This document shows, one piece after another, positions 8,550-18,389 of a DNA stretch of 64,000 nucleotides. Source of the DNA: a virus. The stretch is taken from the IMG/VR virus record IMGVR_UViG_3300021963_000060, positions 1-64,000 of that record. The stretch is one strand, 5' to 3'. Position 1 is the first letter of the stretch. Each line of letters begins with the position of its first letter. The position numbers and the translations under genes were made by a program. The notes under the pieces are model-generated. The model made no database searches and had not been told where the DNA came from. It saw only the letters and a program-made list of their open reading frames with translations.

Positions 8550-11306
8550 TCAATCAAACCTTGAAGACATATTATCTTGCGATCTTTTGGCATCAGCACG
8601 TCGTTTTGCAACTTTTTGTGCAGGAGATGCTGGAGCCCCATACTGACCAGCAGTAGGAGGTTTCTTGCCCGGAACTTTTTTACGTTGTCCAGCAGGTGTT
8701 CCTTCCATCTTACGAATTGACTTCTTCACATGAATATATGCTTTATCATCCTTAGCACCACCAGTTTGAGTTGGTCTATTAGTTTTTGTATTAATACCTT
8801 TCTCCCTTTCATAACGATTTAATTCATTAACAATATCTCCTTCTGGTTGATAAGAAGCTGTGATTGATGGATCACTTCCCCTTGGAGCAGATCTTAAAGC
8901 CTGAAGTTTTCTTTGAAGAATTTGAACTTCTTGCTGTCTCATTTTATCTTTCTGAGCAGAAAGTTTCTTTTTCTCTTGATTTTGTTGTTGGTTTACAGCA
9001 CTAGACTGCTTTTGTCTAACATTATCATCTGCTGAAGTTTTTTGATCGACAATTTTTGTATTGATTGCTTCATCAAAAGAAACTTCTTCGGACTTGGTTT
9101 TATTATATTGCTTCCATGCTGTTGCATAAGCAATACCTTTTTCTTTTTTGGTCAATCCACCTTCAGCATATCCTTTCTTAACATGTTTTACCATTCTTTC
9201 AAACTTTGAACCTGGAGGTGCCTTTTCAATAATGGTATCTTCACCTAAACGAGATGCAACTTTTTCTGCTCCCTTAGAAATTGAGCGAGCAGTTTTTCCT
9301 ACAGCTTTCTTTAGATTTTTCTTTAGATGTGATCCAATCTTATGAAGAATACCTTGCTTTTTCTCGGATTTCTGAGATTCCTTATACTTAATTCTATAAG
9401 ATCCACTACTTTGTGATTTTTCATCACCAGATCCAGATTCATATCCAGACTTAGCGGCGGAAGTAACTTTTTTAGAAACCTCTTTTGCCTTTTCTCCAGC
9501 AGACTTAATTGCGGAAGTTGCTTTTTTAGCACCACTTACAGTTTTTCCTGCAGCATAACCAGCACCATATGCAGCAGACTTTACTGCTTTTTTAGCGCCA
9601 GATTTTAAATTTGATGCAACTTTTCTAACTGTATCCTTTACTTTTTTAATTTTTTCAGCTCTTCTTTGCTGAGCATTTCTTTTAGAAATAACAGCAGCAT
9701 TCTTTTTAGAAGTTTCTACCGCAGAAGCATATCTATCAGCTTCAACTAATACCTCATATGATTGATCTAAAGATTCAATTAGAGTTTCCTGAATATGATC
9801 AATTTCATATCCCTCTTCAATATACTCAAAAAATACTTCTGTTACAATCTCTTCGATCAAATCATCACTTAAGAAATAAAGTTCAGCATTTGTGAGTCCC
9901 TCAAATATATCATCATTTATTTCCACTTCTTCTCCAGTTAAAACTTTTTTACCTACTTTAGCAGCAGTTCCAACCCCAGAAGCAAACCCCTTTGCAACAT
10001 GACTTGCGCCTTTTGCAGCTTTACCGATAGTCTTACCAGTTTCACGGGCAGCACTCATCGCTGCTCTATGTCTCTCCATACCCTTATTGACTTGTCTAGC
10101 AATCGCATCTAGTACAGGTCTCTTCTTTGGTTGATTCTCTTTTGCTTTTTGTACTGCAGTTTTAACCTCAGGTTTTGCTTCTACTTTTCTATTTTTCTTA
10201 ATAGTAGATGAAGGAGAATCTGAATCAATCTTTCTGGTTAATCCATGCTTTTTGAGGGCGGCATTAGTTGCACTTTGCACTTTGCTACCTTTAGGACCTT
10301 TGAGAGCCTTTCCTGCCTTTTTCTGAAGACGGGTTTCTAATTTTTCAACTAGAACTTGCTCGTTAAGATCAAAAATAAACTCAACAAAAGAATCTAATCC
10401 AATCTCTTCAATTAGTAAATCAATACCATATTCGTTTAGACCTTCTTCGTAAAAATATTGTGATGAGTTGGAGATTACTTGGTTAATAATATCATCAGTG
10501 ATCTCCAATGATTCAACTACAAATCCTTCAGAAATTTTTGGATTGATTACTACTTTATTATTGACTTTTTTTTCTACTACTTTATTTTTTTTTTCTTCAC
10601 TCTCAGAAGCGTTTGGAGTGTCCACAACTTCTGATAATTCTTGTCTCCAATTAGACAAATTTTCCTTTACATTATTTTTAGAAATAGCAGCACCACGAAC
10701 CTTTCTACGGTTTAAAAGATACTTATCACTCTTATCATGATCACCATCATTATCAATATCTTTATCTTCACGCCCAACTGGATCTAGACCTTTTCCAGAT
10801 GCAACCTTTGCAGTTTGCTTACCCTTTTTCTTTTCACCCTCATATGGATCACCATATGAAGTCATTTCTACTGATGAGATATTCTTATTAGATCTTAGTT
10901 GATTAATTTTTTCTCTAGTGGCCATACGTACATATGACTTACCACTCATTTTATCAGTCACTCTGACCTTATACTTTTTCATTTCAGATTCTTCTTTAAC
11001 CGCGCCACCAGATGCTTTTCCTGGTCCGATTCCCAACTTCTCTTTAACAGAATCTTTCTCAACAGCATTCATAGATGTGTTAGACATATATTGACTAAAA
11101 GCTTGCTCCAGAGGAACATCTTCCCTACGTGCTCTATATCTAATATCATATACAGCTTGTCTAACTCTTTTTTCTGAAGACTCTCCAGGTGCTCCAGATC
11201 CAGAATCTCCAGAAGAAGACTTTGGTTCTTCTTTTTTGCCTAATTTTGGTTCTATAACCTCATTAACATAAACTTGTTTTAGTTCATCGAAAATATTAGA
11301 CGCCAT
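8550..11306 (-). CDS. Large Lys/Ala-rich putative internal head (poly)protein
   Basis: Alternating basic and acidic modules separated by (I/L/V)xE-type sites; late promoter at 11335-11341. Confidence 0.65.
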   Translation of the reverse strand: MASNIFDELKQVYVNEVIEPKLGKKEEPKSSSGDSGSGAPGESSEKRVRQAVYDIRYRARREDVPLEQAFSQYMSNTSMNAVEKDSVKEKLGIGPGKASGGAVKEESEMKKYKVRVTDKMSGKSYVRMATREKINQLRSNKNISSVEMTSYGDPYEGEKKKGKQTAKVASGKGLDPVGREDKDIDNDGDHDKSDKYLLNRRKVRGAAISKNNVKENLSNWRQELSEVVDTPNASESEEKKNKVVEKKVNNKVVINPKISEGFVVESLEITDDIINQVISNSSQYFYEEGLNEYGIDLLIEEIGLDSFVEFIFDLNEQVLVEKLETRLQKKAGKALKGPKGSKVQSATNAALKKHGLTRKIDSDSPSSTIKKNRKVEAKPEVKTAVQKAKENQPKKRPVLDAIARQVNKGMERHRAAMSAARETGKTIGKAAKGASHVAKGFASGVGTAAKVGKKVLTGEEVEINDDIFEGLTNAELYFLSDDLIEEIVTEVFFEYIEEGYEIDHIQETLIESLDQSYEVLVEADRYASAVETSKKNAAVISKRNAQQRRAEKIKKVKDTVRKVASNLKSGAKKAVKSAAYGAGYAAGKTVSGAKKATSAIKSAGEKAKEVSKKVTSAAKSGYESGSGDEKSQSSGSYRIKYKESQKSEKKQGILHKIGSHLKKNLKKAVGKTARSISKGAEKVASRLGEDTIIEKAPPGSKFERMVKHVKKGYAEGGLTKKEKGIAYATAWKQYNKTKSEEVSFDEAINTKIVDQKTSADDNVRQKQSSAVNQQQNQEKKKLSAQKDKMRQQEVQILQRKLQALRSAPRGSDPSITASYQPEGDIVNELNRYEREKGINTKTNRPTQTGGAKDDKAYIHVKKSIRKMEGTPAGQRKKVPGKKPPTAGQYGAPASPAQKVAKRRADAKRSQDNMSSRFD

Positions 11307-11317
11307 CTTTAAAAAAG

Positions 11318-12496
11318 TTATTTTTTCTTATACTTATTTATGAAATTCTTTATTTTCTTTGTTCCGGTCATTTTCATAGCATACTCTCTATAAGAGTCTG
11401 TTCCAACTTCTCTTTCTTTTGCAGGAACTCCAGATACTTCTGTCCATTCGGAAACATCTTTGATCCATGGTTTAAACATAATATTATTTTCAGTAACACA
11501 TATTAAATAATTCGCTCCTCGACGAATAATTTTTCCAACTAATCCAGTATTTAAATTTTCAACAAACTCACCAACTTTGTATATTTCATTTCTAACATAT
11601 AACTCACGAAGTCCTTCAATATCTTCCTTAGGACATATTTCCCACAGATTCCATCCTTCCTCAATTTTCATCGACTTTCGGATAGTTAAAAATAATTTTC
11701 TTGCCTCTTTATCATCAAGTGTTTTAGGTGTTCCCTTTCTAAAAGTTTCAAAATCATTTTCAGCGGCTGCTTTACGCATTTTTGAAGCGGACATCCCACT
11801 CACATCATCAGCATCAGGATCTCTTTCTCCAGCAGAAACTACATTTAATTCAGCAAAGTCATAAAGATCTCCATTATACTTATTAGCTAGCTTTTCAAAT
11901 TCTGCTTGACGATCTGATCCAACAACAATATTAACTCCACTGTATCCATCCGCATGTGCTTGTTTTAATACATCAAAGATTGTTCTTGAATTTGCATCAT
12001 TAACAATTCTTTCACCATGCTTTGGATACATCTGACGCATCACAGATATTTTAGTATCAGGATCTAAAGGATTTTTCTTAGGATCATTAGATCTTGAAGG
12101 ATATATTTTATACTCTCCTCCCTTTCCTGCTACATTTGCAACAGTATCCAACAACTTCTCATGTCCAGTTGTTGGTGGATTAAATCTACCAAAAGCAATC
12201 GTCAAAACACCTTTATCTTCTGGTTGCGTTTCTTGCTCTGGTTCTTGTTGTGTTGGTTGAACTTGCGTCGCAACTGGTTGTTGATTTGCAACCGTTCTTT
12301 GTTGGGGAGGATCTTGCTCACCTGTGACTTGATTTTGATTATAAAACTTTAGTTTTCCACCGACAGTTTTAGCTGTAAATTCTCCATTTTTATCATACCA
12401 ACCACCATGACCATCTCCAGTCAAGCCAAGCCTTTTCGCTTGCATAACTGCCTGCGAATCTCTTACCTCAGATAAAAATCGTGAAAAACTTTTCAT
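11318..12496 (-). CDS. Cytidylyltransferase-like (HxGH) nucleotidyltransferase with N-terminal capsid-targeting-like peptide
   Basis: FGRFNPPTTGHEKL, VGSDR, MSASKMR; starts MKSFSRFLSE; late promoter at 12516-12522. Confidence 0.85.
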   Translation of the reverse strand: MKSFSRFLSEVRDSQAVMQAKRLGLTGDGHGGWYDKNGEFTAKTVGGKLKFYNQNQVTGEQDPPQQRTVANQQPVATQVQPTQQEPEQETQPEDKGVLTIAFGRFNPPTTGHEKLLDTVANVAGKGGEYKIYPSRSNDPKKNPLDPDTKISVMRQMYPKHGERIVNDANSRTIFDVLKQAHADGYSGVNIVVGSDRQAEFEKLANKYNGDLYDFAELNVVSAGERDPDADDVSGMSASKMRKAAAENDFETFRKGTPKTLDDKEARKLFLTIRKSMKIEEGWNLWEICPKEDIEGLRELYVRNEIYKVGEFVENLNTGLVGKIIRRGANYLICVTENNIMFKPWIKDVSEWTEVSGVPAKEREVGTDSYREYAMKMTGTKKIKNFINKYKKK

Positions 12497-12525
12497 ATGT
12501 ATCTTGATATACTTATATTTATTGA

Positions 12526-14043
12526 TTAAAATAATCTTGGATCAATTCCTAATGCCCCATATCCAAGTGTAGAAGCAGTGTTCTTACTCCTCAGACTCAT
12601 CCAATTTTTTCTCTTAGTAAAAGTATCCCAATTATACATACCTATTGTTTCAAAATAGATTTTTACATTGTTACCCACTTTCACATCTTTTGCGGTTGAA
12701 TAAATTACTTGCTTTTCATATATTGCTTTATCATAAAACATTTTTATAAAGTTCATCTCCCCATTTTTTCTAGAAGCATATTCAAATATCTTTTCACACA
12801 AAAAGGAAAGAGCCGTCACATTTGTTTTTGCTTGACTTTGACTTTTTGTATTTTTTAAAATCGTATTAGTTAAATAATTTTTAATTTGTATATCATCAAT
12901 GTTGGATCCCTGTCGCAAAGATCTAACATTTAATTTTTTTATATAATCATATAAGTATTCAGTTTCTTTTCTTAACGGTTTACCATTGATTTCTCTAACA
13001 CCATAAGAACGTAAAAAGTTTTCAGCTAAATTTACAAAATCAGATTTGCTAAATTTTTTAACAGATTCTAATGGATATATGTTTGAAGTTTTTCCTGCAG
13101 ATGCTGGTAAAGATACCCCTCCCCAAAAAGTTTTTGTTTGATAAGATTGTGACCTATTATTTTTATACCAATCAGTCAATTCTTTAGTAGTTTCAAATAA
13201 ATTTTTTGGAGTTATAGTATTTGGTGTTTTTCCCTTAAAAGCATTTTTTACTGATACTTTTATTCGTTGATCATCTCTAGCACCAGGAAAATAAAGATAA
13301 TAATCAACTAATGGTAGATTCTGTTGTCTAGGGAATAAAATATACCACCCATCTTTCTTGTTCGTTTCTATTCCTAATTTTTTTCTCAGTTGAGTTTTTC
13401 TTGTTAACTCGTGCGCTAAAGAATATGCAGAAAATATTTCCAAAGATTCGCTTCCAAAGTCAATCATAGAAACATGTTGAGAAACTGTTGTTTTCTTCAA
13501 ATCATCAAAATAAGAATCAAATAAAGGCACCAAATCAGGTTCAACTGAATTAACATACTTTACAGTCAATTCTCTCAATTTTTCTGGTGTTAGTTTATTC
13601 TCAACCAACCCAGGAATTGATGCGGGTCTTATCTGAAAACTTTTTTCTGCTGAAGATTTTGGTTTTAAAGTTAAAATATAAGTAGGAGATCCTTTGGTCC
13701 ACAAAGTTTCTTCATCTAAAGAATTTGCTTTGATTTTATCAAAATCTTGGTCAGATATCCCAATCACAAATCCAATTTCACTGGACATTGTTATTTGTCT
13801 ATATCTATACTTATATCTAAAACTTTTATCAGAATTTATATAAAAAAATCTATATCCAGGAACATTAATAGATTTTGATATTTTTTCTAGTTCTATTCTT
13901 CTAATTGCTCTTGTGCTGGGACCTCCAATAACATAGATAAATTTATTAGTCCCACCTTTTGCAGTTACTTGGTCATATTCAGTTACTATCTCATATCCAG
14001 GAGACAGGCAACCATTAATAGTTGATACTATACTTGCCGACAT
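12526..14043 (-). CDS. Hypothetical basic protein, possible PD-(D/E)XK nuclease
   Basis: Upstream E, PLVDYY and KVSVKN arrangement; AT-rich; TAAATA at 14065-14070. Confidence 0.5.
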   Translation of the reverse strand: MSASIVSTINGCLSPGYEIVTEYDQVTAKGGTNKFIYVIGGPSTRAIRRIELEKISKSINVPGYRFFYINSDKSFRYKYRYRQITMSSEIGFVIGISDQDFDKIKANSLDEETLWTKGSPTYILTLKPKSSAEKSFQIRPASIPGLVENKLTPEKLRELTVKYVNSVEPDLVPLFDSYFDDLKKTTVSQHVSMIDFGSESLEIFSAYSLAHELTRKTQLRKKLGIETNKKDGWYILFPRQQNLPLVDYYLYFPGARDDQRIKVSVKNAFKGKTPNTITPKNLFETTKELTDWYKNNRSQSYQTKTFWGGVSLPASAGKTSNIYPLESVKKFSKSDFVNLAENFLRSYGVREINGKPLRKETEYLYDYIKKLNVRSLRQGSNIDDIQIKNYLTNTILKNTKSQSQAKTNVTALSFLCEKIFEYASRKNGEMNFIKMFYDKAIYEKQVIYSTAKDVKVGNNVKIYFETIGMYNWDTFTKRKNWMSLRSKNTASTLGYGALGIDPRLF

Positions 14044-14075
14044 AAATGCAAAGCATATTTCAAATATTTAGTTTA

Positions 14076-14148
14076 TGGAGATAAGGAGACTCGAACTCCT
14101 GACATCAGCCTTGCAAAGACCGCGCTCTACCAACTGAGCTATATCCCC
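14076..14148 (-). tRNA. tRNA-Ala(UGC), CCA not encoded
   Basis: GGGGATATAGCTCAGTTGGTAGAGCGCGGTCTTTGCAAGGCTGATGTCAGGAGTTCGAGTCTCCTTATCTCCA; cloverleaf, TGC anticodon, G3:U70 identity pair. Confidence 0.97.
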
Positions 14149-14158
14149 AAGTTTGAAT

Positions 14159-14191
14159 ATTATAAAACCCCTCAACTAAAAAGTCAAGGGG
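14159..14191 (-). promoter_or_regulatory. Sigma70 promoter for tRNA overlapping a terminator hairpin
   Basis: TTGACT-17nt-TATAAT within CCCCTTGAC...GTTGAGGGG-TTTT. Confidence 0.7.
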
Positions 14192-14216
14192 TAGAATCAA
14201 CTTCTTAAGTTATTTA

Positions 14217-15098
14217 TCAGAGACCTTTGCCGTGTCTTGTTTTTCCAGAAGAATCAGTATAAGTTTCTTTTTCACGTCTAGGAGTTACATAACCAACACC
14301 AGGGACTGCTCCAGTTTTACCTGCATCTCTAGCGGCATTTCTCGCTGCTGCTCTTTGTGCTGCTCTCTTACGATTTGCATCATATTTTTTGTTATTAGCA
14401 GCAATTCTATCTTCATAAGAACCTTCAAGGATTGCTTGAATATCTTCAACATCTAATTCATTTGCCATCATCCACTCTGCTTCTTCTAGAGTTTCTGCGT
14501 ATCCTTCTACACAAAGAAACTCAAGAACTGTTTCAAAAATATCAAACTCTTCTCTATTGAGTTGCTTTTTCTCTGCAGGAGTTAGAACACCTCTTTGTGC
14601 TCCTCTTGCCGCTTGCTTTGCTTTTACCTTAGGATCATCAGACTTGTGAGCGTAACCATGAAGACCAGGAGATGATGAAGTTGTCTTACGGAAATCACCT
14701 CTCTGTTTTCTAGCAAGATCTTGTCTCTGCTTTGCTTTCTTAGCATCACCGTAAGTTGGTTTATTCTCTAGTTTAGTTGCTCTATCTGCTGCTGCACCAC
14801 CACCAGTAGACTTAGCAATCTTTTGTCGAATTGCAGTTTCATCATGACCACGCTTGGCCATTGCGGTTGCTTCATCTACATTCTCTTCACCGAGATGAGG
14901 TGCTGCCTTATATCCCTTATGTCCTGCTTTGTAATTTTGATATGCCTTGGTATTTGCCTTCTTATCAGCAGCAGTTACGGTCATTCTAGTATCTTCAGGC
15001 TCTTTCTTTGCCCCACCATAAACTGCTTCATCAATCTCTTGAGAAGCATAAACACCAGAATATGCTTCCATCAAACCTTTGAGTTCTTTGATATCCAT
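14217..15098 (-). CDS. Putative internal head (poly)protein
   Basis: LMEAY, EIDE|A, NVDE|A, AILE|G sites flanking basic modules; late promoter at 15127-15133. Confidence 0.65.
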   Translation of the reverse strand: MDIKELKGLMEAYSGVYASQEIDEAVYGGAKKEPEDTRMTVTAADKKANTKAYQNYKAGHKGYKAAPHLGEENVDEATAMAKRGHDETAIRQKIAKSTGGGAAADRATKLENKPTYGDAKKAKQRQDLARKQRGDFRKTTSSSPGLHGYAHKSDDPKVKAKQAARGAQRGVLTPAEKKQLNREEFDIFETVLEFLCVEGYAETLEEAEWMMANELDVEDIQAILEGSYEDRIAANNKKYDANRKRAAQRAAARNAARDAGKTGAVPGVGYVTPRREKETYTDSSGKTRHGKGL

Positions 15099-15133
15099 TA
15101 GAAAATTTTTTATATTCTTCTAAGGATATTTAT

Positions 15134-15158
15134 AAAAAAAGACCCTTCAAAAGGGTCT
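15134..15158 (-). terminator. Intrinsic terminator of the replication operon
   Basis: AGACCCTT-TTG-AAGGGTCT then T run, followed by ATAAATA. Confidence 0.7.
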
Positions 15159-15162
15159 AAAA

Positions 15163-15339
15163 TCAAACAATTGCTTTTTCTAATTCTCTATCCAATTGAA
15201 TCATTACATCACGAAGTCTGATGATTCTTTCTGGGGCAAATTCTAAACTATATCCATCAGTAGCAGTATCAAGTACTTGAAGAACTTCAAGTGCAGATCT
15301 TACATCTAGTTTGATACTTACCTGCTTTTCTTTACTCAT
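15163..15339 (-). CDS. Small hypothetical protein, 58 aa (MSKEKQVSIKLDVRSALEVLQVL...PERIIRLR...)
   Basis: Hand-translated; ATGA coupling with the mazG stop. Confidence 0.65.
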   Translation of the reverse strand: MSKEKQVSIKLDVRSALEVLQVLDTATDGYSLEFAPERIIRLRDVMIQLDRELEKAIV

Positions 15340-15761
15340 AGGTCACCTTCTACACGATTTTCAGATCGATAAACATCAAAAGATCCTTCTGGATAACGAG
15401 CACTCAGTTTCTCAAAATTCATTTGGAGAACTTCATCAATTGAAGTATCAAGAGCCATACATGCTTGAGCGAGATACCAACAGATATCTCCGAGTTCTCG
15501 TTTTAGATGAAACGCATTCTCATCATTATAAGGTTTTCCCTGAAGAACAATTTTCTTTACAACTTCAGTAAACTCACCACACTCTGCACTCATTCCTAGA
15601 GCAGCAGTTAGTAGACGAGGAACATCAGCATCAGCAGATGTTTCTAGTTCGGTCATACGAGCAAGGAGTTGTGCAAAATCACTACTTGCAGGACTTGTAG
15701 TTTGACGAACAAAATCAATATATTTGTTAGTATCAATTGTCTTATTAAGAGTCATAGTCAT
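15336..15761 (-). CDS. mazG: MazG-like NTP pyrophosphohydrolase
   Basis: AECGEFTEVVKK, RELGDICWY, KLSARYP. Confidence 0.92.
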   Translation of the reverse strand: MTMTLNKTIDTNKYIDFVRQTTSPASSDFAQLLARMTELETSADADVPRLLTAALGMSAECGEFTEVVKKIVLQGKPYNDENAFHLKRELGDICWYLAQACMALDTSIDEVLQMNFEKLSARYPEGSFDVYRSENRVEGDL

Positions 15762-15985
15762 ACAATAAAAGGTTGAAGTTCAGATTGTGGTAAAATTTGT
15801 TGTGCTGGAAGTTGAAAATCATCATCCAGTCTAATATGAGGCACATTAATTGTTTCTGGATTAATGTGTTTAACTTGACGATAAGTTCTTGTTGAATCAA
15901 ATTCAACTAACATAATAGCATCTCGGATACTTGCACAGTCGGCAATTTTTTTACCTTCTTTATTGAATACCGAGTAATAATTCAA
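15758..15985 (-). CDS. Hypothetical protein
   Basis: ATGA-coupled ORF between gp41 and mazG. Confidence 0.65.
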   Translation of the reverse strand: MNYYSVFNKEGKKIADCASIRDAIMLVEFDSTRTYRQVKHINPETINVPHIRLDDDFQLPAQQILPQSELQPFIV

Positions 15986-17364
15986 AACTTAAATCCCTCA
16001 AATGATTTTTTTAGTTTGGGTTTTGTTTCTTCTTCATAATCATACTCTTCTTCTTTACCAGAGTCAAGTATGTTGTCTTGTGCTGACTGCTCAACATCAT
16101 ATAGTCTCATCTTAGCCCTATCAATACCAATCACAAATCTCTTATAAACTGTAGGATCATTGTAACGATTCTTAAGTTGCTTAACTAAGATTTGACCAAT
16201 TTCTTCAAGTTCTTCTGTAGAAATAAGTGCAAACATTAAGTCAGCAGTTGCAGGCAAACCAAATGATTCCGAGGTATCAGTTAGTTCTACATCAGAAGAA
16301 CCATAACCAGAACGAGTAGTCTGAGTAGCACTGACGATTGGAACATTAAACTCAACAGCAAGACCACGAAGTTCTTCTGCAATTGCTTTCACAAAAGTAT
16401 AGGAATTAATATTACTATTTCCTTTATACCTTGAAGAAGCACAAATATTCAGATAATCAATAAAAATGATATCGGGTTTAAAAGACTTCTTAAGTGCAAG
16501 TTCATTCAGAAGAGACCTAAAATGTCCTGCATGTGCAGAGGCAGTAGGATACTCTTTAATAATTAAAGTACCTTGAGTCTTCTTTGCAAGATTATTAATC
16601 TTACTCTCGAACATACTCTTAGGTAGATCTCCAATATCTTGGATATTTACGTTCAGTAAGTTTGCGTCAATTCGTTCAGCAATTTTCTCTTCTGCCATCT
16701 CCATTGTAATGTAGAGAACGTTCCGTCCTTGCAACAACACGGAGCTAGCAACGTGGCACATGAATAGAGATTTCCCGACACCTGTACCAGCAAGCGCGAC
16801 GTTAAGAGTCTTGTTAGGTAAACCACCTTTTGTGATTTTGTTAAAGTATTCGAGATCAAATTCAATTTTATCCTCCGTTCTGTGATACGATTCATATCTC
16901 TGTTCATAATCTTGCAAATAATCATGTCCAACATGATTATCAAAACTCACTGCAAGAGCATCTTGCAAAATTGATGGTATAGCATCTCTTGATTGTTTTC
17001 CATTACCATCAGCAAGTTGAATCGATTCCATAAGTGCAATATAAATTGCACGGTCACGACACCACTTTTCTGTAGTATTAATCAACCATTGAAATTCTAC
17101 CGTAATATCTTCAAGGCATTGGATTAGATAAAGAATATCTTTTAGGTTAGATTCATTAAGATCTTTACGGTTTTCAACTTCGATTGAAATAATTTCTTTG
17201 TTGGGAAGTTCATTATACTTTTCAACAAAGTTGGAAATTTCTTCGAATACTACTTTTTGATTTTCATCTTCAAAGTATTCTTTTTTTAAGAATGGAATTA
17301 CCTTTCTAAGGTATTCTTCATTAAATAAGAGGTTTCTAAGGATTAGAAACTCAACTTTCTCCAT
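15982..17364 (-). CDS. gp41: Replicative DnaB-like helicase
   Basis: AGTGVGKS Walker A, IFIDYLNIC, ATQTTR, KQLKNRY. Confidence 0.97.
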   Translation of the reverse strand: MEKVEFLILRNLLFNEEYLRKVIPFLKKEYFEDENQKVVFEEISNFVEKYNELPNKEIISIEVENRKDLNESNLKDILYLIQCLEDITVEFQWLINTTEKWCRDRAIYIALMESIQLADGNGKQSRDAIPSILQDALAVSFDNHVGHDYLQDYEQRYESYHRTEDKIEFDLEYFNKITKGGLPNKTLNVALAGTGVGKSLFMCHVASSVLLQGRNVLYITMEMAEEKIAERIDANLLNVNIQDIGDLPKSMFESKINNLAKKTQGTLIIKEYPTASAHAGHFRSLLNELALKKSFKPDIIFIDYLNICASSRYKGNSNINSYTFVKAIAEELRGLAVEFNVPIVSATQTTRSGYGSSDVELTDTSESFGLPATADLMFALISTEELEEIGQILVKQLKNRYNDPTVYKRFVIGIDRAKMRLYDVEQSAQDNILDSGKEEEYDYEEETKPKLKKSFEGFKF

Positions 17365-18358
17365 AACTAAATTCCTTACGTGCGATTTCGTCTAGTTGTT
17401 GCATCACTTCTTCAGTGAAATATTCTTCAGGTTCTTTTAGAATCTGCTTTGCATAAATCTTTTTACCATCTATCTCATAACGCCCTGCTACATTCTTCCA
17501 GAGTCCACCAATCTCACCAAGTTCCAGAAGACCATAGTAACGATCAAGGCCGCGCTCATCATAATACAGACGGACTTCAACATCCTTATTCTCCTTACTC
17601 AAACGCGATTTAGCAGTCTTAGCCTTGATAATATTTCCGACCACTTCCGTTCCATCCTTTTCTTTCTTTTTGCTGAGATAAATGATCGAACTTGCTGCGT
17701 ACTTGAGTCCGCTGCCTCCACCCATTTCCTTAGTTGGTACGTAAGCTCCGATAACGTCATAAGTGTGATTAGTAACTATCATTGGGATGTTTGCTTGACC
17801 AAGTTTGAGCGTAAGCATTCTAAATGCTCCTTTCACAAGTTGTGATTTGGTCATATCACGAACTTGCTTATCGTTCAGTGCATCGGTGATTTCTTTTTCG
17901 GTAGAAAGCATTCCTAAAGAGTCTAGCACAAACATGCAAGGCTTGCGCTCACCTTCAGGTTTTTTTAAGTAAAGATCTACCGCCTTGAGCGCCTTTCCAC
18001 GAAACTCTTCGATAGTAACAACATTAACAACAACCAGGCGAGAAGTATCAATTCCACGGGATTCTAGAAGCGATTTAGTAATAGCAGCCTCAGTATCAAA
18101 GTAGAGGCAATAACCATCGGGGTTAGAATCAAGAAAATTCTTAACCACAGCGAGAGAGAAGAAAGTTTTTCCAGTAGAAGACTCTCCAGCAATAGCAGTA
18201 ATCTTGTTCCCAGATACACCACCAAATATGCTACCTGAAACCAGTGCATTAAAAATGTACGAACCTGTATCAACATACTTTTCAGTTTCATCAATATCTG
18301 AGGCAAGTTGTGTGTACTCACCACCAATTTCTTTTACAATATCTTTAAGAAAATCCAT
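17351..18358 (-). CDS. uvsX: RecA-like recombinase (likely start MDFLKD)
   Basis: GESSTGKT, FVLDSLGML, MGGGSGLKY. Confidence 0.96.
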   Translation of the reverse strand: MDFLKDIVKEIGGEYTQLASDIDETEKYVDTGSYIFNALVSGSIFGGVSGNKITAIAGESSTGKTFFSLAVVKNFLDSNPDGYCLYFDTEAAITKSLLESRGIDTSRLVVVNVVTIEEFRGKALKAVDLYLKKPEGERKPCMFVLDSLGMLSTEKEITDALNDKQVRDMTKSQLVKGAFRMLTLKLGQANIPMIVTNHTYDVIGAYVPTKEMGGGSGLKYAASSIIYLSKKKEKDGTEVVGNIIKAKTAKSRLSKENKDVEVRLYYDERGLDRYYGLLELGEIGGLWKNVAGRYEIDGKKIYAKQILKEPEEYFTEEVMQQLDEIARKEFSYGES

Positions 18359-18389
18359 AATTTTTTTAATCAATAAAAACAGTATACCA

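Noticed and set aside
10585-10594. Homopolymer tract as a phase-variation switch
   Set aside because: Encodes Lys codons in frame in a Lys-rich protein; no evidence of slippage
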